A stretch of DNA of 63,264 bases, filler included, from Octopus bimaculoides (Eukaryota): assembly GCF_001194135.2 (NCBI RefSeq). It is 7 parts of 6 records of this genome, joined end to end, with 100 filler letters (N's around TTAATTAATTAA, not from the genome) between each part and the next. Parts side by side here need not be neighbours in the genome. Positions count along the whole stretch, not along the records: positions 9,900 to 38,888 come from NC_068988.1; positions 38,989 to 49,851 come from NC_068981.1; 5 more parts are not named here. One strand, 5' to 3'. This document shows positions 25,186 to 39,226 of the stretch, one piece after another. Under the pieces are notes generated by a model, which was not told the origin of the DNA, made no database searches, and saw only the letters and a list, made by a program, of their open reading frames with translations. The position numbers and the translations under genes are program-made. Numbering within the stretch: the first letter of the stretch is position 1; every line of letters begins with the position of its first letter.

Positions 25186-26264
25186 NNNNNNNNNNNNNNN
25201 NNNNNNNNNNNNNNNNNNNNNNNNNNNNNNNNNNNNNNNNNNNNNNNNNNNNNNNNNNNNNNNNNNNNNNNNNNNNNNNNNNNNNNNNNNNNNNNNNNNN
25301 NNNNNNNNNNNNNNNNNNNNNNNNNNNNNNNNNNNNNNNNNNNNNNNNNNNNNNNNNNNNNNNNNNNNNNNNNNNNNNNNNNNNNNNNNNNNNNNNNNNN
25401 NNNNNNNNNNNNNNNNNNNNNNNNNNNNNNNNNNNNNNNNNNNNNNNNNNNNNNNNNNNNNNNNNNNNNNNNNNNNNNNNNNNNNNNNNNNNNNNNNNNN
25501 NNNNNNNNNNNNNNNNNATATGTTTATTCACAATTATTTCCATGTATTTTATGCAAATTCCTTTTAATAGGATATGTTGGAAGTAATTAACTTTAATAAT
25601 TGAATATTTATCACCCGCGGATTTTTCATGGGCAGTCACATAGTTAAATATATATATATGCACATATAATTCAATTAAATTCAATTCGTTTATATAGATA
25701 TACAACAGATATGTGTATTCGCATTCACGAGGGAGCGAGTGTGTGTGTATGCATGCGTGTGTGTGAGTGTGTAAATGTGTACATATGAAGGACTAAAACT
25801 TCAAAGCCTGACAAGTCAATATATTTTATAGCAGAGAAAAAAGAGAAAAGACAAAAAAAAAAGAAAAAAAAAAAAACCCCAAAAAACAAATTAGCAATAA
25901 AATGATTTAAAAAAATTAATAGCAAAAAAGACCCCATCTACATAAAGTTACATTTGATATAAACATCATTATATATACTGACAATTATACACATCCATTC
26001 AGTGTCTGTTTTTTTATTTATATAAACACTGACACGGTGAAGACATACATTCAATAATGCACGCAGTCATACCTTTAGTTATACATTCATACGTTCATAC
26101 ATACACGCAATCGTTCAGATGTGCATTTAGGCATACAGACATAGACACATGCGTACATAAGGCCTCTTAAAGACATTTTAGGCAGGTCGTTCCCTGAAAT
26201 ATAATGTGCAGTTCTCCTGAATAACATTTTGCATTCATCAATAGGCGTGAGAACGCGCGCATTT

Positions 26265-26312
<48 letters not shown>

Positions 26313-26407
26313 CAAATACAAAGATACACATGCATATATATGCATATACACATACATGCATATATATATACACGTACATGCATATGTATGTGCATATATA
26401 TGTATCT

Positions 26408-26439
<32 letters not shown>

Positions 26440-26446
26440 ATACATG

Positions 26447-26508
<62 letters not shown>

Positions 26509-29273
26509 CACATGCATATGCATATATATATACATATATAAATGCATATATATGTACGTATATATGCATATATAAAGCATATATACGTATGTATATCTCT
26601 CTCTATATATATGTATATATGTATGTATCTATCTATCTCTATATATATATATGTATATACATATATGTATATGCATATACATATATGTATGTATGCATAT
26701 ACATATGTATATATGTATTTATGTATATATATATATATATATATGTATATACATATATATNNNNNNNNNNNNNNNNNNNNNNNNNNNNNNNNNNNNNNNN
26801 NNNNNNNNNNNNNNNNNNNNNNNNNNNNNNNNNNNNNNNNNNNNNNNNNNNNNNNNNNNNNNNNNNNNNNNNNNNNNNNNNNNNNNNNNNNNNNNNNNNN
26901 NNNNNNNNNNNNNNNNNNNNNNNNNNNNNNNNNNNNNNNNNNNNNNNNNNNNNNNNNNNNNNNNNNNNNNNNNNNNNNNNNNNNNNNNNNNNNNNNNNNN
27001 NNNNNNNNNNNNNNNNNNNNNNNNNNNNNNNNNNNNNNNNNNNNNNNNNNNNNNNNNNNNNNNNNNNNNNNNNNNNNNNNNNNNNNNNNNNNNNNNNNNN
27101 NNNNNNNNNNNNNNNNNNNNNNNNNNNNNNNNNNNNNNNNNNNNNNNNNNNNNNNNNNNNNNNNNNNNNNNNNNNNNNNNNNNNNNNNNNNNNNNNNNNN
27201 NNNNNNNNNNNNNNNNNNNNNNNNNNNNNNNNNNNNNNNNNNNNNNNNNNNNNNNNNNNNNNNNNNNNATATATATATATATATAATTATATATATATAT
27301 ATACATACACACACACACAAAACCAACTGCAAGGAGAGATATTTTTTTTTGCATTGATATTTTTTTGTCCATTCGTATGTCTACAGCACCTGTATTTTAC
27401 TCTGCAATCTCACATAATACCATGAGCAATTGAAGAATACTATACTATATGCATACTATAATAAATGGTAAGATGTAGTATATAACGTTAGCATACCATT
27501 TATTTATAGGTCTATACAATACAGGCATTTTTTTTTTGCATTAATATAGACACATATCTAAGAAATGTTTTCACACAAATCAACATACATGTACATATAC
27601 ATGCAAGAGCATTGAATCTTTTAATTTCTCCATGTGTCATTGAGTCTTTTGTTTGTGTTTATTACCATGTGTTTGTGTGTGTGTGTGTATGTTTGTGTTT
27701 GTATGTACGCGTTTTATTAGTGTGGTTATATATGAGGATACATCTTTGAATGCTCAAACAGGCGTGTAATTGTCCATTTCAAATTCGGCTGTGATCTGAG
27801 ATGAATTCGGTAGCTATTTTCAGCAGTTCAAGCCACCGTTTCTGAGTCTTTCTCATCCTCGTTACAATTACTGCTCTTTAAGGAGTATCAGAATCTTAAC
27901 ATAGTATTTACTCCTGTTTTTTTTACTTTCTTATATAAACTGCTATTTCATTAATTACTGTTTATACATTTTTCGTTATTAGTTGAGTGTTGTTGCTATT
28001 GTTTAGCGCCGAACGAACTCTGATTGAGGAGACCTATGATCAAAGACATTCCAACCATGACTACCACCATAGTTACCTTGTTTATGTTCCAGGCAGTGTA
28101 TTTAGGACTTTATTATCCAATATGTTTTTATGTTTTTAAGCCAGTAGAGTAGGCTTTGAGGCAGATTTGGCTGCTATTTCTGTTAGATGAAATGACTAAA
28201 GAAGGCACTACCATTACTTCTGTTTTTGATATTGTTTTCTTCATTTTTGTTTTACTTTTTATTTGGCGTTCTTTAGGGATCCTACAAGTGATGATAATTT
28301 TGTTGATATTGTTCTTGTTCTCGATGTTATTAATTTTCTCCTACTAATTAGACATTCCTGATGCTATTGGTAGTGAATAAGTTCGTGGTGATGCCTTCAT
28401 TGAAGTTTGTGTTTGCGATTGTTGCTTGTTGTTGCTTGTTGTTGCAAGTTCATTCGTCGTTGCATCATGTTGCTAACATTATTTTCTTTTACTTATCATT
28501 ACCACTATTACTGTTACTTATTAAGGGTTATCGCCATAGATAATCTATAGAAATTACAGCCAGCACTGATTTTTGCTACGACGTTTCGTATCGAGACGTC
28601 AGATGTAAGCAAACAATGTGATCGAAGATGAAAAACAGGCAATGGCCGTATACACCATATTTCGGTGTTGTTTTGCCTCTTCATCAGCACCCATATAACC
28701 CATTAATCATCCTCGAACACATTGCTTAAATATCTACTATATCTAGTGGTGTGTAGTAATGGCTGCATAACTAAAATACCACGTGTCTACAAGTCATTAC
28801 TGTTACTGTTGTTTGCTAATGACGTGGACGCTGCTCATGCTATAATGAATGTTGTCGCTGTCATTATTCAAATTATTCTTGTTGCTGTGATTGTCTTTGT
28901 TGCTATCATTGCTCCTATGTCTATATTGCTGCATTATACTTCTTTTTATTTACTTGTTTATTTATTTATTTATTGTTCATATTATTCCTGAAAGTAATAG
29001 CACTGGTATCATTGTATAAAAGTTACTGAAACAGAGTGTACTATACATTACAAGGACACGTTTACACGGCAATATATTAATGTTTATAAATAGTGTAAGT
29101 GATGCGAAACAGATGTAAAGTAAAAATGTTTGTGCAGCAATACACGCCTCAATTAGTAGTATATATTATGTAATTACTACTGGTGTATTTAGTTCCAGAA
29201 CATCCTTAATGAAGTAAAGATCGAAGATGATCTAACCTTAAACATCCGCACCTCTATTTTTATTTAGGCATTA

Positions 29274-29472
29274 CCGTATTTTCCGGCATTCAAACCGAGT
29301 TTTTCAGACCAAATTAACAGGTCGACTTATACACTGACTTATACACTGAGATGACATTGGAAGACCAAAAATTCCACGAGAAATGTATTTGGAGATATAG
29401 TAAACGTGTTTGAGAGTTTACTCTGCATGTTTACACGATATGCTACGCCGATTTGTATGCTGGAAAGTACGG
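29274..29472. mobile_element. Tc2/pogo-type MITE
   Basis: TA flanks at 29272-73 and 29473-74; imperfect ~24-bp TIRs CCGTATTTTCCGGCATTCAAACCG versus CCGTACTTTCCAGCATACAAATCG. Confidence 0.8.
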
Positions 29473-30057
29473 TAATAAAAGTCCTTAAGAAGTTCATCAT
29501 ACAACACATAACGTTGTGTAATTTAAGAAACGGTTAGCCTGTGATTTCTAGCATCTGGTGGATCGACCGCATATAAGCTCCTACACTGGATCGTACAAAT
29601 GATTATTGTTGGTTTTATGTGGTTGATAATATTGTCTTGTTCATATTTCTGTCATTCTTGTTGTTTAAGAAGTTATTGTTAGGAAAACATTAGAAAATGG
29701 AAGTAGATTTTTTCCTATGTTACGTTATCTGCTGCTTGAGGTTTTTATTGAGCGTTCGTTCATTCTTGACATGTTGGTTTTTCTTTTCTTTTTTTTGTTT
29801 TTCTTTTTGTGTTACCAGTTCTTCATTCTAAAGCACAAAAAATGTTCCTGCCCTAAAATTGATGTAAATTATATGTCTTTTGAAATGGCGATGATTATCG
29901 GTTTGAAAAATATAGCTACTTAGCAATGGCGTCTGTTAACAGCTTCCAATCTGTAATGAGAAAGAAGATGAAAATAATAGTAATAATAATAATAATAATA
30001 ATAACAACAATAATAAGGATGATGATGAGGATGATGATGACAAAGTAATAATAACGG

Positions 30058-30269
30058 TTTCAAATTACAGCTTAAAGCCCGCAATTCTAGGGGTGCGGTA
30101 AGTTGATTACATCGATCCCAGTATTCCACAGGCACTTATTTTATCGACTCCAGAAGGATGAAATGTTAAGTCGACCTTAGCAGAATTGTAAACTCAAAAT
30201 GTATTGACAAACTAAACATTGCTAATCATTTTGGCCGGCGTGCTAACGATTCTGCCAGCTCACCGGCTT
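30058..30269 (-). mobile_element. SINE family B
   Basis: Homology to 17615-17832. Confidence 0.85.
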
Positions 30270-30520
30270 AACAATAATAATAAAAATAACAACAATAGTA
30301 CAATAAAAAACAATAATTTCCAGCGTCTATCATAAATAGTAATTTTTAATTTCTTTACGTGCCACACGGACGATGAACTGGGGCCATTACCGGGTCTTAT
30401 TTCCAAACGGTAGAAGATTTGCATTCTGTATGATGTTCGATTGGAAAATATTAAATAGAAATGAATAAAAACAGACAAACAAATAAGTAAATATGCGTCA
30501 AGCGGAAATAACAACAACAG

Positions 30521-30724
30521 TTTCAAATTTTGGCACAAGGCCAGCAATTTCGGGTGAGAGGATAAGTCAGTTACATTGCCCCCAGTGCTCAGCTGGTACT
30601 TACTTTACCAACCCCGAAAGGAAGAAAAAGCAAAGTCGAGCCAGATGGCATTTGAATTAAGAACGTAATGTCGGAAGAAATACCGCTAAGATCTTGTCTG
30701 GTTCTGTAACGATTCTGTCAGTTC
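30521..30724 (-). mobile_element. SINE family B
   Basis: Homology to 17615-17832. Confidence 0.85.
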
Positions 30725-30751
30725 TAACAATAATCACAACAATCCTGTGCA

Positions 30752-30970
30752 ATTAGCACAAGGGCTGAAAATTTTGAGGGAGGGGGCTTGTCGGTTACAT
30801 CGACTCCACAGTGTTCCGCTGGTATTTATTTCATCGGTCCCGAAAAGATGACAGGCATAGACTTTGCCTTTCATCCTTTCGGGACCGACGAAACAAGTAC
30901 CAGTTGAGCATTGGGGTCGATGTAATCGACTAGCCCCTTCCCTCCAAACTCCAGGCTTTTTGCCTATAAT
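30752..30970. repeat. Inverted pair of SINE-B 3' halves forming a ~100-bp fold-back
   Basis: Arms 30752-30857 and 30865-30970 around the 7-nt loop TAGACTT. Confidence 0.85.
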
Positions 30971-31486
30971 AGAAAGGATTATATTTCCGTTCCCGTTTAA
31001 GATACATTATAGGAATATAAGTCGCTTGCAGTACTTGGCTCAATTGGGGTTTCATGTTACCGACCATAGAAGGATGACAGTCAAACTTGATGTCAGCGGG
31101 GTTTGAACGTAAATCTCTCGTACTCAAATACCGCACTATAATTTGTCCAATTTTGACAATTCTGTTACTCCATAATCCAGCTACTTCATAAATACCTGTA
31201 GAATGGTATTTATGGTAGGAATTGAGCTCAGAATTTAAAGGAGCAAACCTAAATACACACATACACACGCACTTTCATATATGCACATACACACACATAC
31301 ACACGTAAATTTATATATTTTCATACTCAGATATTACAGAATCATCAAACTATCAGGTATTTTTGTATTATATACGTTATGCACTTTATCAACTTTGCAC
31401 GTTGTGACACAAAACTGATTAATCATAAACACATTCACACACGCACAAACGCGCATGCGTACATATATACACACATCTACTGGGTG

Positions 31487-32200
31487 TCTCAAGTATTTGT
31501 GAACAAACATTAATGGCCATAAATGGACGACGATTTAGTTTAATGTTACATGGCATGCGCCATATTTTCCCTTTCAGACACATCGACAATATCAAAATGG
31601 CAGATTACAATCTAACAATAGCTGTGAAAATGGTTCATTATGTTTGTGACTCTAGCTGTCAACAGCGACTAGGAAATTGGAGGTCTTTGGTGCGATTGTG
31701 TTATTCGTGGCCAACTAAGAAAGAAAGAAAAACATTCAGAGCAGCCGGACGTTGTCGAAACGGTTGAAATTCTTCAGCCGGTCTAGAACATCATCAACGA
31801 CAATTTCAGTGGAGTCGAAGAAGGCTATTGTTGAACAGTATAAAGTGACGGGGACCACTATCAGATGTTTGGCACAAGGGAGAAGGGGGTCCATAAGGCA
31901 CAATTCAAACGTGATGACAAAAGGGACGTATTTATTCGGTCCGACTCCCGAGAGCTACATAATAATGCGGCTCCCAACATCATGTTTTGTAGTTCCGATT
32001 TGAGATCTTTGGACCACTGTGTCTGTGGGGTCGAGAGAAAAGACGGAGCGTCCGAAGGCTCTTCAGTGCTCGGTCTGTTCACCAATTAGTGCATGTTGCA
32101 TGGTGGGTGCTACCTGGTAATGGTATGTGGTGGCTTTCATGCCTGCATCGGGATGTTATTAGAGCTGAGACATTTTCCTGAATGGTGTTTGATTTTACGT
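31487..32200 (+). mobile_element. Highly decayed Tc1/mariner-superfamily transposon remnant
   Basis: TA-CTGGGTGTC start resembles Tc1-type TIRs; FCSSDLRSLDHCVCGVER resembles the SPDLNPLDY.VWG.VE catalytic-region motif. Confidence 0.45.
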
Positions 32201-32462
32201 ATCCATTTTAATGTCTTTGCTATTATGAGAGTTTTTTTTTCAGCTTGGTGTCCTTATTTTCTCCCTTGTGTTTTGTCTTGTTTTCGCCTGCTTAAGTGCG
32301 CGCGCGCGTGTATGTAAAAATAAGTACATAAAAATTTATATGCAATATATATATATGTATGTGTATATGTGTTTGTGCATATATGTGTTTGTGTGTATGT
32401 ATGTATATGTATATGTGTGCGTTTGTGTGTGTACAGGGGAGAATACACTAACATTTATATGC

Positions 32463-32502
<40 letters not shown>

Positions 32503-32947
32503 CGCGCGCGCATGTGTATATGTATATGTATGCATGTATATAGTATATATATATGCGTGTGTGTGTGTGCACGCACGCGCGCGTATGTATGTAGGTAGGT
32601 AGGGATGTGTGTGTGCCACTTCAATATAAACCTATACATACTCAGAAAAAAAGCGCTTATTTAACAAAATAACAATCAATCAATCTGCTTATCTATATAT
32701 CCAACATTCTACACAAATATACGCCAACATACGCTTTATATATTTTTACATTGATATTAAGATAAATATTTGCATATCCAAATATTATGGGAACAATTAA
32801 GATATCCAGATATTTATTTATGTTTATCAACTTATCTATGCTTAGTTAACCATGTGATATAGCAACCCCTACATGGTCTCAACATTGGGAAACACACACA
32901 TAGATATCCATACATTCACATATACATTCACTCAACCCGAACTCATT

Positions 32948-32987
<40 letters not shown>

Positions 32988-33006
32988 GGCTTATACATAT
33001 ATTTAT

Positions 33007-33412
33007 GCGTGGCTGTGTGGTAAGAAGTTTACTTCCCAACCACATGGTTCCGGGTTCAGATCCATTGTGTAGCACCTTGGGCAAGTGTCTTCTATAGCCT
33101 CTGACCAACCAAAGCCTTGTGAGTGGGTTTGGTAGACGGAACTCTGTGTGTGTGTGTGTGTGTGTGTGTATGCGCGCGCGCGCGTTTGTCGTTGTGTCTG
33201 TGTTTCTCTACACCACCGCTTGATGTCCGTGTATTTACATCCTTAATGTTGGTGTATTTACGTCCCCGTAACTTTGTGGTTCGGTAAAAGTGTCCGATAA
33301 TAAGTGCTCGGCTTAAAAAAAAAGAAAGTACTGGGGTCGATTCCTTCAGCTAAAAATTTTTTTAAGGCGATGCCCCAGCATGACCGTAGTCTTATGGCTG
33401 AAACAAGTAAAA
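33007..33412 (+). mobile_element. SINE family A, full length
   Basis: Head, core, internal (GT)n(GC)n and tail ...ATGGCTGAAACAAGTAAAAC. Confidence 0.92.
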
Positions 33413-34443
33413 CATACACAAAGTTGTTCGTAGATCCTCATCTTGAATATTAGGTTCCTGGAAATTACAGGATGATTGGCATAAAATATTGCGAAGACTG
33501 ACGTATTCAGAGAGAGAAAGAAAGAGAGGAAGCGGGAAAGAAAGAGATAGTAAGCAAAAACAAAAAAAAAAATCACCCAAAAAAACAACAAAACAAAAAA
33601 CAAAACGAAAACAATAACCATTAATTAGACCTCTTTCTTNNNNNNNNNNNNNNNNNNNNNNNNNNNNNNNNNNNNNNNNNNNNNNNNNNNNNNNNNNNNN
33701 NNNNNNNNNAACAAAACAAAAAACAAAACGAAAACAATAACCATTAATTAGACCTCTTTCTTGAAACTTATGGGGTTTTTGAAGTGACTTTTGTTTTGCA
33801 TTTACGCTAAATGGTAAAGCTATGTTTTCGCTGGTTTTGGCAATGAACGGTTCAAGTTATTTCAGTTGGGCGATTTTTTTTACTATCGGAAATGAAACGT
33901 GAGTGAAACAGAATAGGAAGAAGGTAGGGAGTAGAAAAATATATTCCGAAGGGAGACGCAATGTGGACACAAACGATACACAGACACAGACACACACACG
34001 CAAACACACACGTATGTATATGTACATTCGCTTGTATATAATGGTGCATTCATCTGCAAATGTTCTTAAGTTTTTCTAAACATACAGCACACGCACATAA
34101 GTATACACACATACATATAAATGTATTCACCCGTAATTTGAATTTCACAAAGCATTAGGCAAAGTCTTTAGTGAAGTCAAACATGAAATTCATATGTCAC
34201 AATTTGAAAGTTTGGCTTGTGAAGTACTTTAAATTCTGAAATATAACGCTAGTAACAAACGCTGCCAAGTCAGAAACGTTTCCCTCGGTGAGTGAGGTAA
34301 TGTTTAGAGGGCATCGTCTAGAGATCTCTCTCGCTCTTTATCGTACTATCGACCAAAGATCACGTCTACAACAGACAACATGAAAAGCAATTTTAAAAAT
34401 AACACACATCATATGACACCCATAATAGAATACTTTTCCAGCG

Positions 34444-34635
34444 TCTAGGATGGTGCTGAAAAGTTCCTGGCCTTAAGGGTATTGCAAAATGCCTGGTTGG
34501 AGGCTCAACCTTTGTGCTATTTTATAGAGCTAAGTGTGTAAATCTGAGAGGGGAATATGTTGAATTAAATCATAATTAACTGATCCACCTGTATTCTTTA
34601 AGCCCAAGCCAGGAGATTTTCAGCATCCCCTCGTA
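34444..34635 (+). mobile_element. Mariner deletion derivative (MITE)
   Basis: TIRs GGATGGTGCTGAAAAGTTCCTGGCCTT versus rc GGGGATGCTGAAAATCTCCTGGCTT; internal AKCVNLRGEYVE* matches the mariner transposase C-terminus. Confidence 0.8.
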
Positions 34636-35242
34636 TATGCACAAAAATATCCTAGACTATCCAAAATAAAGATATCTAACTGACTGGGAAGGATCTACAA
34701 TATATATCTTGTATGTAAACACACTGACCCTTCGATCTTTCTTTTCTCTTGCAACTACCAAGTTCTCAGCTCGTCAGAGTTACCTAGTTGCATTTTTCTA
34801 CTATTCGACTCGTTCTAAAATACTCACGTATCCTCCCTCTTGTGATCTATATGGCCTCTCATCTCCCCACCGAACCGCCATACTAATTCCTATTTCCAAT
34901 CACTCATTCTCTCATCTCGCTAACGTTTTTCTTTCCTTCGTCCAGTGTCAGATATTCAAACTTAAAAATTAACCATCGAAAGTCATAAACAAAACCTAAC
35001 GAACTATAAAAAAAAAAAAAATATTATCGACTTGAATATTGTACAGTAATAAGCATAACAGTCAATCAGGTATAAAAACCCCTTAAATGAAGTGTCTTCC
35101 TTTTCCGTTTTCAGACCAGAAAGCAGTTTAAAATATCAAGTACTTGTCTCTGTAATTAATCCTTCCCCAATAACATTCAAAACTTGCTGGTGAAAGACTA
35201 ATGAGTTTCAACCGAATATATCTAACCAGAATTCTTTCAAGC

Positions 35243-35456
35243 TTTCAAATTTTGGCTCAAGGCCAGCAATTTTAGGAAAGAGGTATAGTCGATTACACCG
35301 ACCCCAACACTCACCGGGTAATTATTCCATCGACTCCGAAAAGATGAAAGGCAAAGTCGAACTCGGTGGAAACTGAACTGAGAAGGTAAAGAGCTAGTAG
35401 AAATTCTACTAACCATTTTGTCCGATGCGCCAAAGATTCTGCCAGCTAGCTACCTT
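35243..35456 (-). mobile_element. SINE family B
   Basis: Homology to the other family B copies. Confidence 0.85.
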
Positions 35457-36597
35457 TTCATAGCCAATAATCCAGTCATAATGCCTATACTTTGGAAATG
35501 TTCCTACTTTGGACTGTCGTTGCATGCTTATCCGAGATTTATTTGGTTGCCGAAGAGGCACCAAACTCTTCGGAAAACTCTGTGACAAAACTGATGCCTC
35601 CCATAGACATTTGAACTATAAGCATGGTCTTCATACAGTGCTCTTTTGAGGGATCATCCAAAACTTTGGCATAAAAAAAAGAATGAATGCAAAGATTAAG
35701 GAGTTACTATCTAGTCAGTAACAGTCTTTACTCATAAATTCTTACAAGGAAGTATTTTTTGATGTTCAAAAAGTATTGATATTCAAAAACCCATTATTCT
35801 TCCATTACCTATTTGAAACAATTTAGAAAGTGAGCTAAGTTTCTATTGAAAAATTTAAAGGATTTCTAATGACACTCAGATTTAATATCCCGAAGGATTT
35901 GCTTGTAAGTTAGTCTTCTTTACGTGGAGAGCTGTAATTACTGAAGTTAACGAAAGTTTATTTTCAGTGCCGTTCATAAACCCTCAGTTGATTCTGTTGA
36001 AATTGCTCTAATATTAACCAAACCAGACCAGACCAGACTACAAGAGTAGTCGAGAGACTTTTCTAGGAATTTAGTGATGATGTGTGTCAGCAATAAATAT
36101 CTAGTGAAGTTTGGAAATTTGGGAAGGTATATTGTAGGGAGAAGAGACTACATGAAATTGCATAAAACTGGAGCGACATCATTCTTCAGAGAAAGGAAAC
36201 ATAAACTAATATATAAAAAAAGAAGACTCCAAAGAATTCAAAAAGTAGTTTTCGAGAAAAGGGTTTAAAGGAAACTTCAGTATTTTCTACCCCTTCCAGC
36301 AAACTGTGCATTAAATATCAGCCCTGCTTTATATGTGAAATACTAGTTGTCGTAATGGTTGGTCGTTCATGGTGCTACTACAAGTAAATTCAAATGTATT
36401 ATGAAATTTGAATTGATTGGGACTTAAAGATTCGTTTCGCGTCTAATTCAAATTGTCTGGTGAATAAACCCTCAGACAAAACTTAATATCTAAGGCATAA
36501 CGAAAATTATAAAACATGCACATTTATATGTGTGTGTGTATATATATATATATACACTTATACATGTAAATATATACGTATACATGCATACACACAC

Positions 36598-36647
<50 letters not shown>

Positions 36648-37344
36648 NNNNNNNNNNNNNNNNNNNNNNNNNNNNNNNNNNNNNNNNNNNNNNNNNNNNN
36701 NNNNNNNNNNNNNNNNNNNNNNNNNNNNNNNNNNNNNNNNNNNNNNNNNNNNNNNNNNNNNNNNNNNNNNNNNNNNNNNNNNNNNNNNNNNNNNNNNNNN
36801 NNNNNNNNNNNNNNNNNNNNNNNNNNNNNNNNNNNNNNNNNNNNNNNNNNNNNNNNNNNNNNNNNNNNNNNNNNNNNNNNNNNNNNNNNNNNNNNNNNNN
36901 NNNNNNNNNNNNNNNNNNNNNNNNNNNNNNNNNNNNNNNNTATATATATAATATAAATATATATGTGCATATGAATTTACACATACGTACATATATATGT
37001 ATGTATGCATGTACGTATACACTCACACACACACACACGCACACACACACACACACACTGACACACACAAGTAGGCACCTGTATATATGTATACCTGTTC
37101 ACAAACAGTTACAAGGGTGTTGCGAGTGTGTATATAGTTATGAGAAAAGGAGAGAGGACCACGTTTAAGGGGGAAAATGGTAAACATGAAAAAAATACAA
37201 AAATATGAACGTTGGAGATGAGTGATTACGCGTGTGAAAGGATGAGTGAAGGATTGTATATACGAAAGAGTTTGAGAAATGTTAAAAATGAGAAAGAGAA
37301 CATGTGTTTATGTGAGTATTTCACGTAGAGAGAATAAGATAGAT

Positions 37345-37381
<37 letters not shown>

Positions 37382-37432
37382 GAGAAAGGGAGAAATGGAG
37401 ATGGGTGGAAAGACAGAAAAGGATATATATGG

Positions 37433-37475
<43 letters not shown>

Positions 37476-37477
37476 CG

Positions 37478-37535
<58 letters not shown>

Positions 37536-38147
37536 AGTAAAAATAAATAAAAAAAGGGGGTTTTGTATGATTGTGTATAGAGGAATATATTATTTTGTTT
37601 AAAAGAGTTCCAGCACTGTCTGTTTTTTATGTTTTATTTATATTCCTGCAAAACCAATGTGGGATATAGAATATGGAATATACAATATATAATATAATAT
37701 ACAATATATANNNNNNNNNNNNNNNNNNNNNNNNNNNNNNNNNNNNNNNNNNNNNNNNNNNNNNNNNNNNNNNNNNNNNNNNNNNNNNNNNNNNNNNNNN
37801 NNNNNNNNNNNNNNNNNNNNNNNNNNNNNNNNNNNNNNNNNNNNNNNNNNNNNNNNNNNNNNNNNNNNNNNNNNNNNNNNNNNNNNNNNNNNNNNNNNNN
37901 NNNNNNNNNNNNNNNNNNNNNNNNNNNNNNNNNNNNNNNNNNNNNNNNNNNNNNNNNNNNNNNNNNNNNNNNNNNNNNNNNNNNNNNNNNNNNNNNNNNN
38001 NNNNNNNNNNNNNNNNNNNNNNNNNNNNNNNNNNNNNNNNNNNNNNNNNNNNNNNNNNNNNNNNNNGAGAGAGAGAGAGAGAGAGAGAGAGAGGAAGAGA
38101 AAGGGAGAAATGGAGATGGGTGGAAAGACAGAAAAGGATATATATGG

Positions 38148-38195
<48 letters not shown>

Positions 38196-39151
38196 TTATG
38201 TATGTATATACGCATATATAAATACCTATATGCATGTATGTAGAAACTAGTACTATTTATGTATGTGTGTATGTGTGTTTGTGTATATGTGAACATAAAT
38301 ATATTAACAAGCGAGTATGATATATGCAAGTACCTATATACATTACGAACACACGCGCATATATGCATACATACATACATACATACATACATATGTGTGT
38401 GTGCACGCGCATGTGCGTGTGTATGTGTGTGAGTGTGTGTGTGTGTGTGTGTGTGTTTGTGTGTGTGCGTGTGTGTGTGTGTACGTGTGTGTGTGTAAGA
38501 TACTTCTCTACATCACTTCTTTCATCTAAAGCTTTGCTAAAGCAAGCAAGGTTGCAGTTTGACGTAAAGCGAAAATCTGCTGGAATAGTTGAAGACGTCA
38601 TCAGTGCCATGGTAACGTGGTTGAAAGCACTTGTATAAATCGACCTAAGACGAATATGCGCTAGTTACATCATATACACATCCACACACACGTATACTAT
38701 ATGTGCATGGATGCATGCATTCATACATGCGTGCATAGAAACACATGCGTACAAATGTAGATATACATGTGCACGCGTACATGCATACATACATATGTGT
38801 GTGTATAAACTTATATATGTATGTGTGTGCTTATATGTATGTATGTATGTATGCATGTATGTATGTATATATATATATATATATATATNNNNNNNNNNNN
38901 NNNNNNNNNNNNNNNNNNNNNNNNNNNNNNNNTTAATTAATTAANNNNNNNNNNNNNNNNNNNNNNNNNNNNNNNNNNNNNNNNNNNNAATAGACCATAG
39001 TTAAGCTCCAGGTTCGGTGATTATGCGAATAAGGGGTATTATTATTATAGTATTAGGGAATGTCAAAATCCCAACTTACAAGGATATTCAATTTAGTAAT
39101 ACCAAATTCAATTTTATAATAAAAAAATATATTAATAATTTAGAGAAGAAC

Positions 39152-39226
39152 CACCAAAATGCAATTCAAACAATGAAGGAGATCAGACACCTTCAAGAAA
39201 AAAGTTGTTTGAATTGCATTTTAGTG
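39152..39226. repeat. 75-nt hairpin (22-bp + 6-bp stems)
   Basis: CACCAAAATGCAATTCAAACAA / TTGTTTGAATTGCATTTTAGTG plus inner TGAAGG/CCTTCA. Confidence 0.8.

Noticed and set aside
25008-25660. Identical ~143-bp direct repeat (25008-25150 and 25518-25660)
   Set aside because: It flanks an N gap and is identical, so it is most likely an unmerged contig overlap. The same pattern occurs at ~33590/33710 and ~37343/38066.
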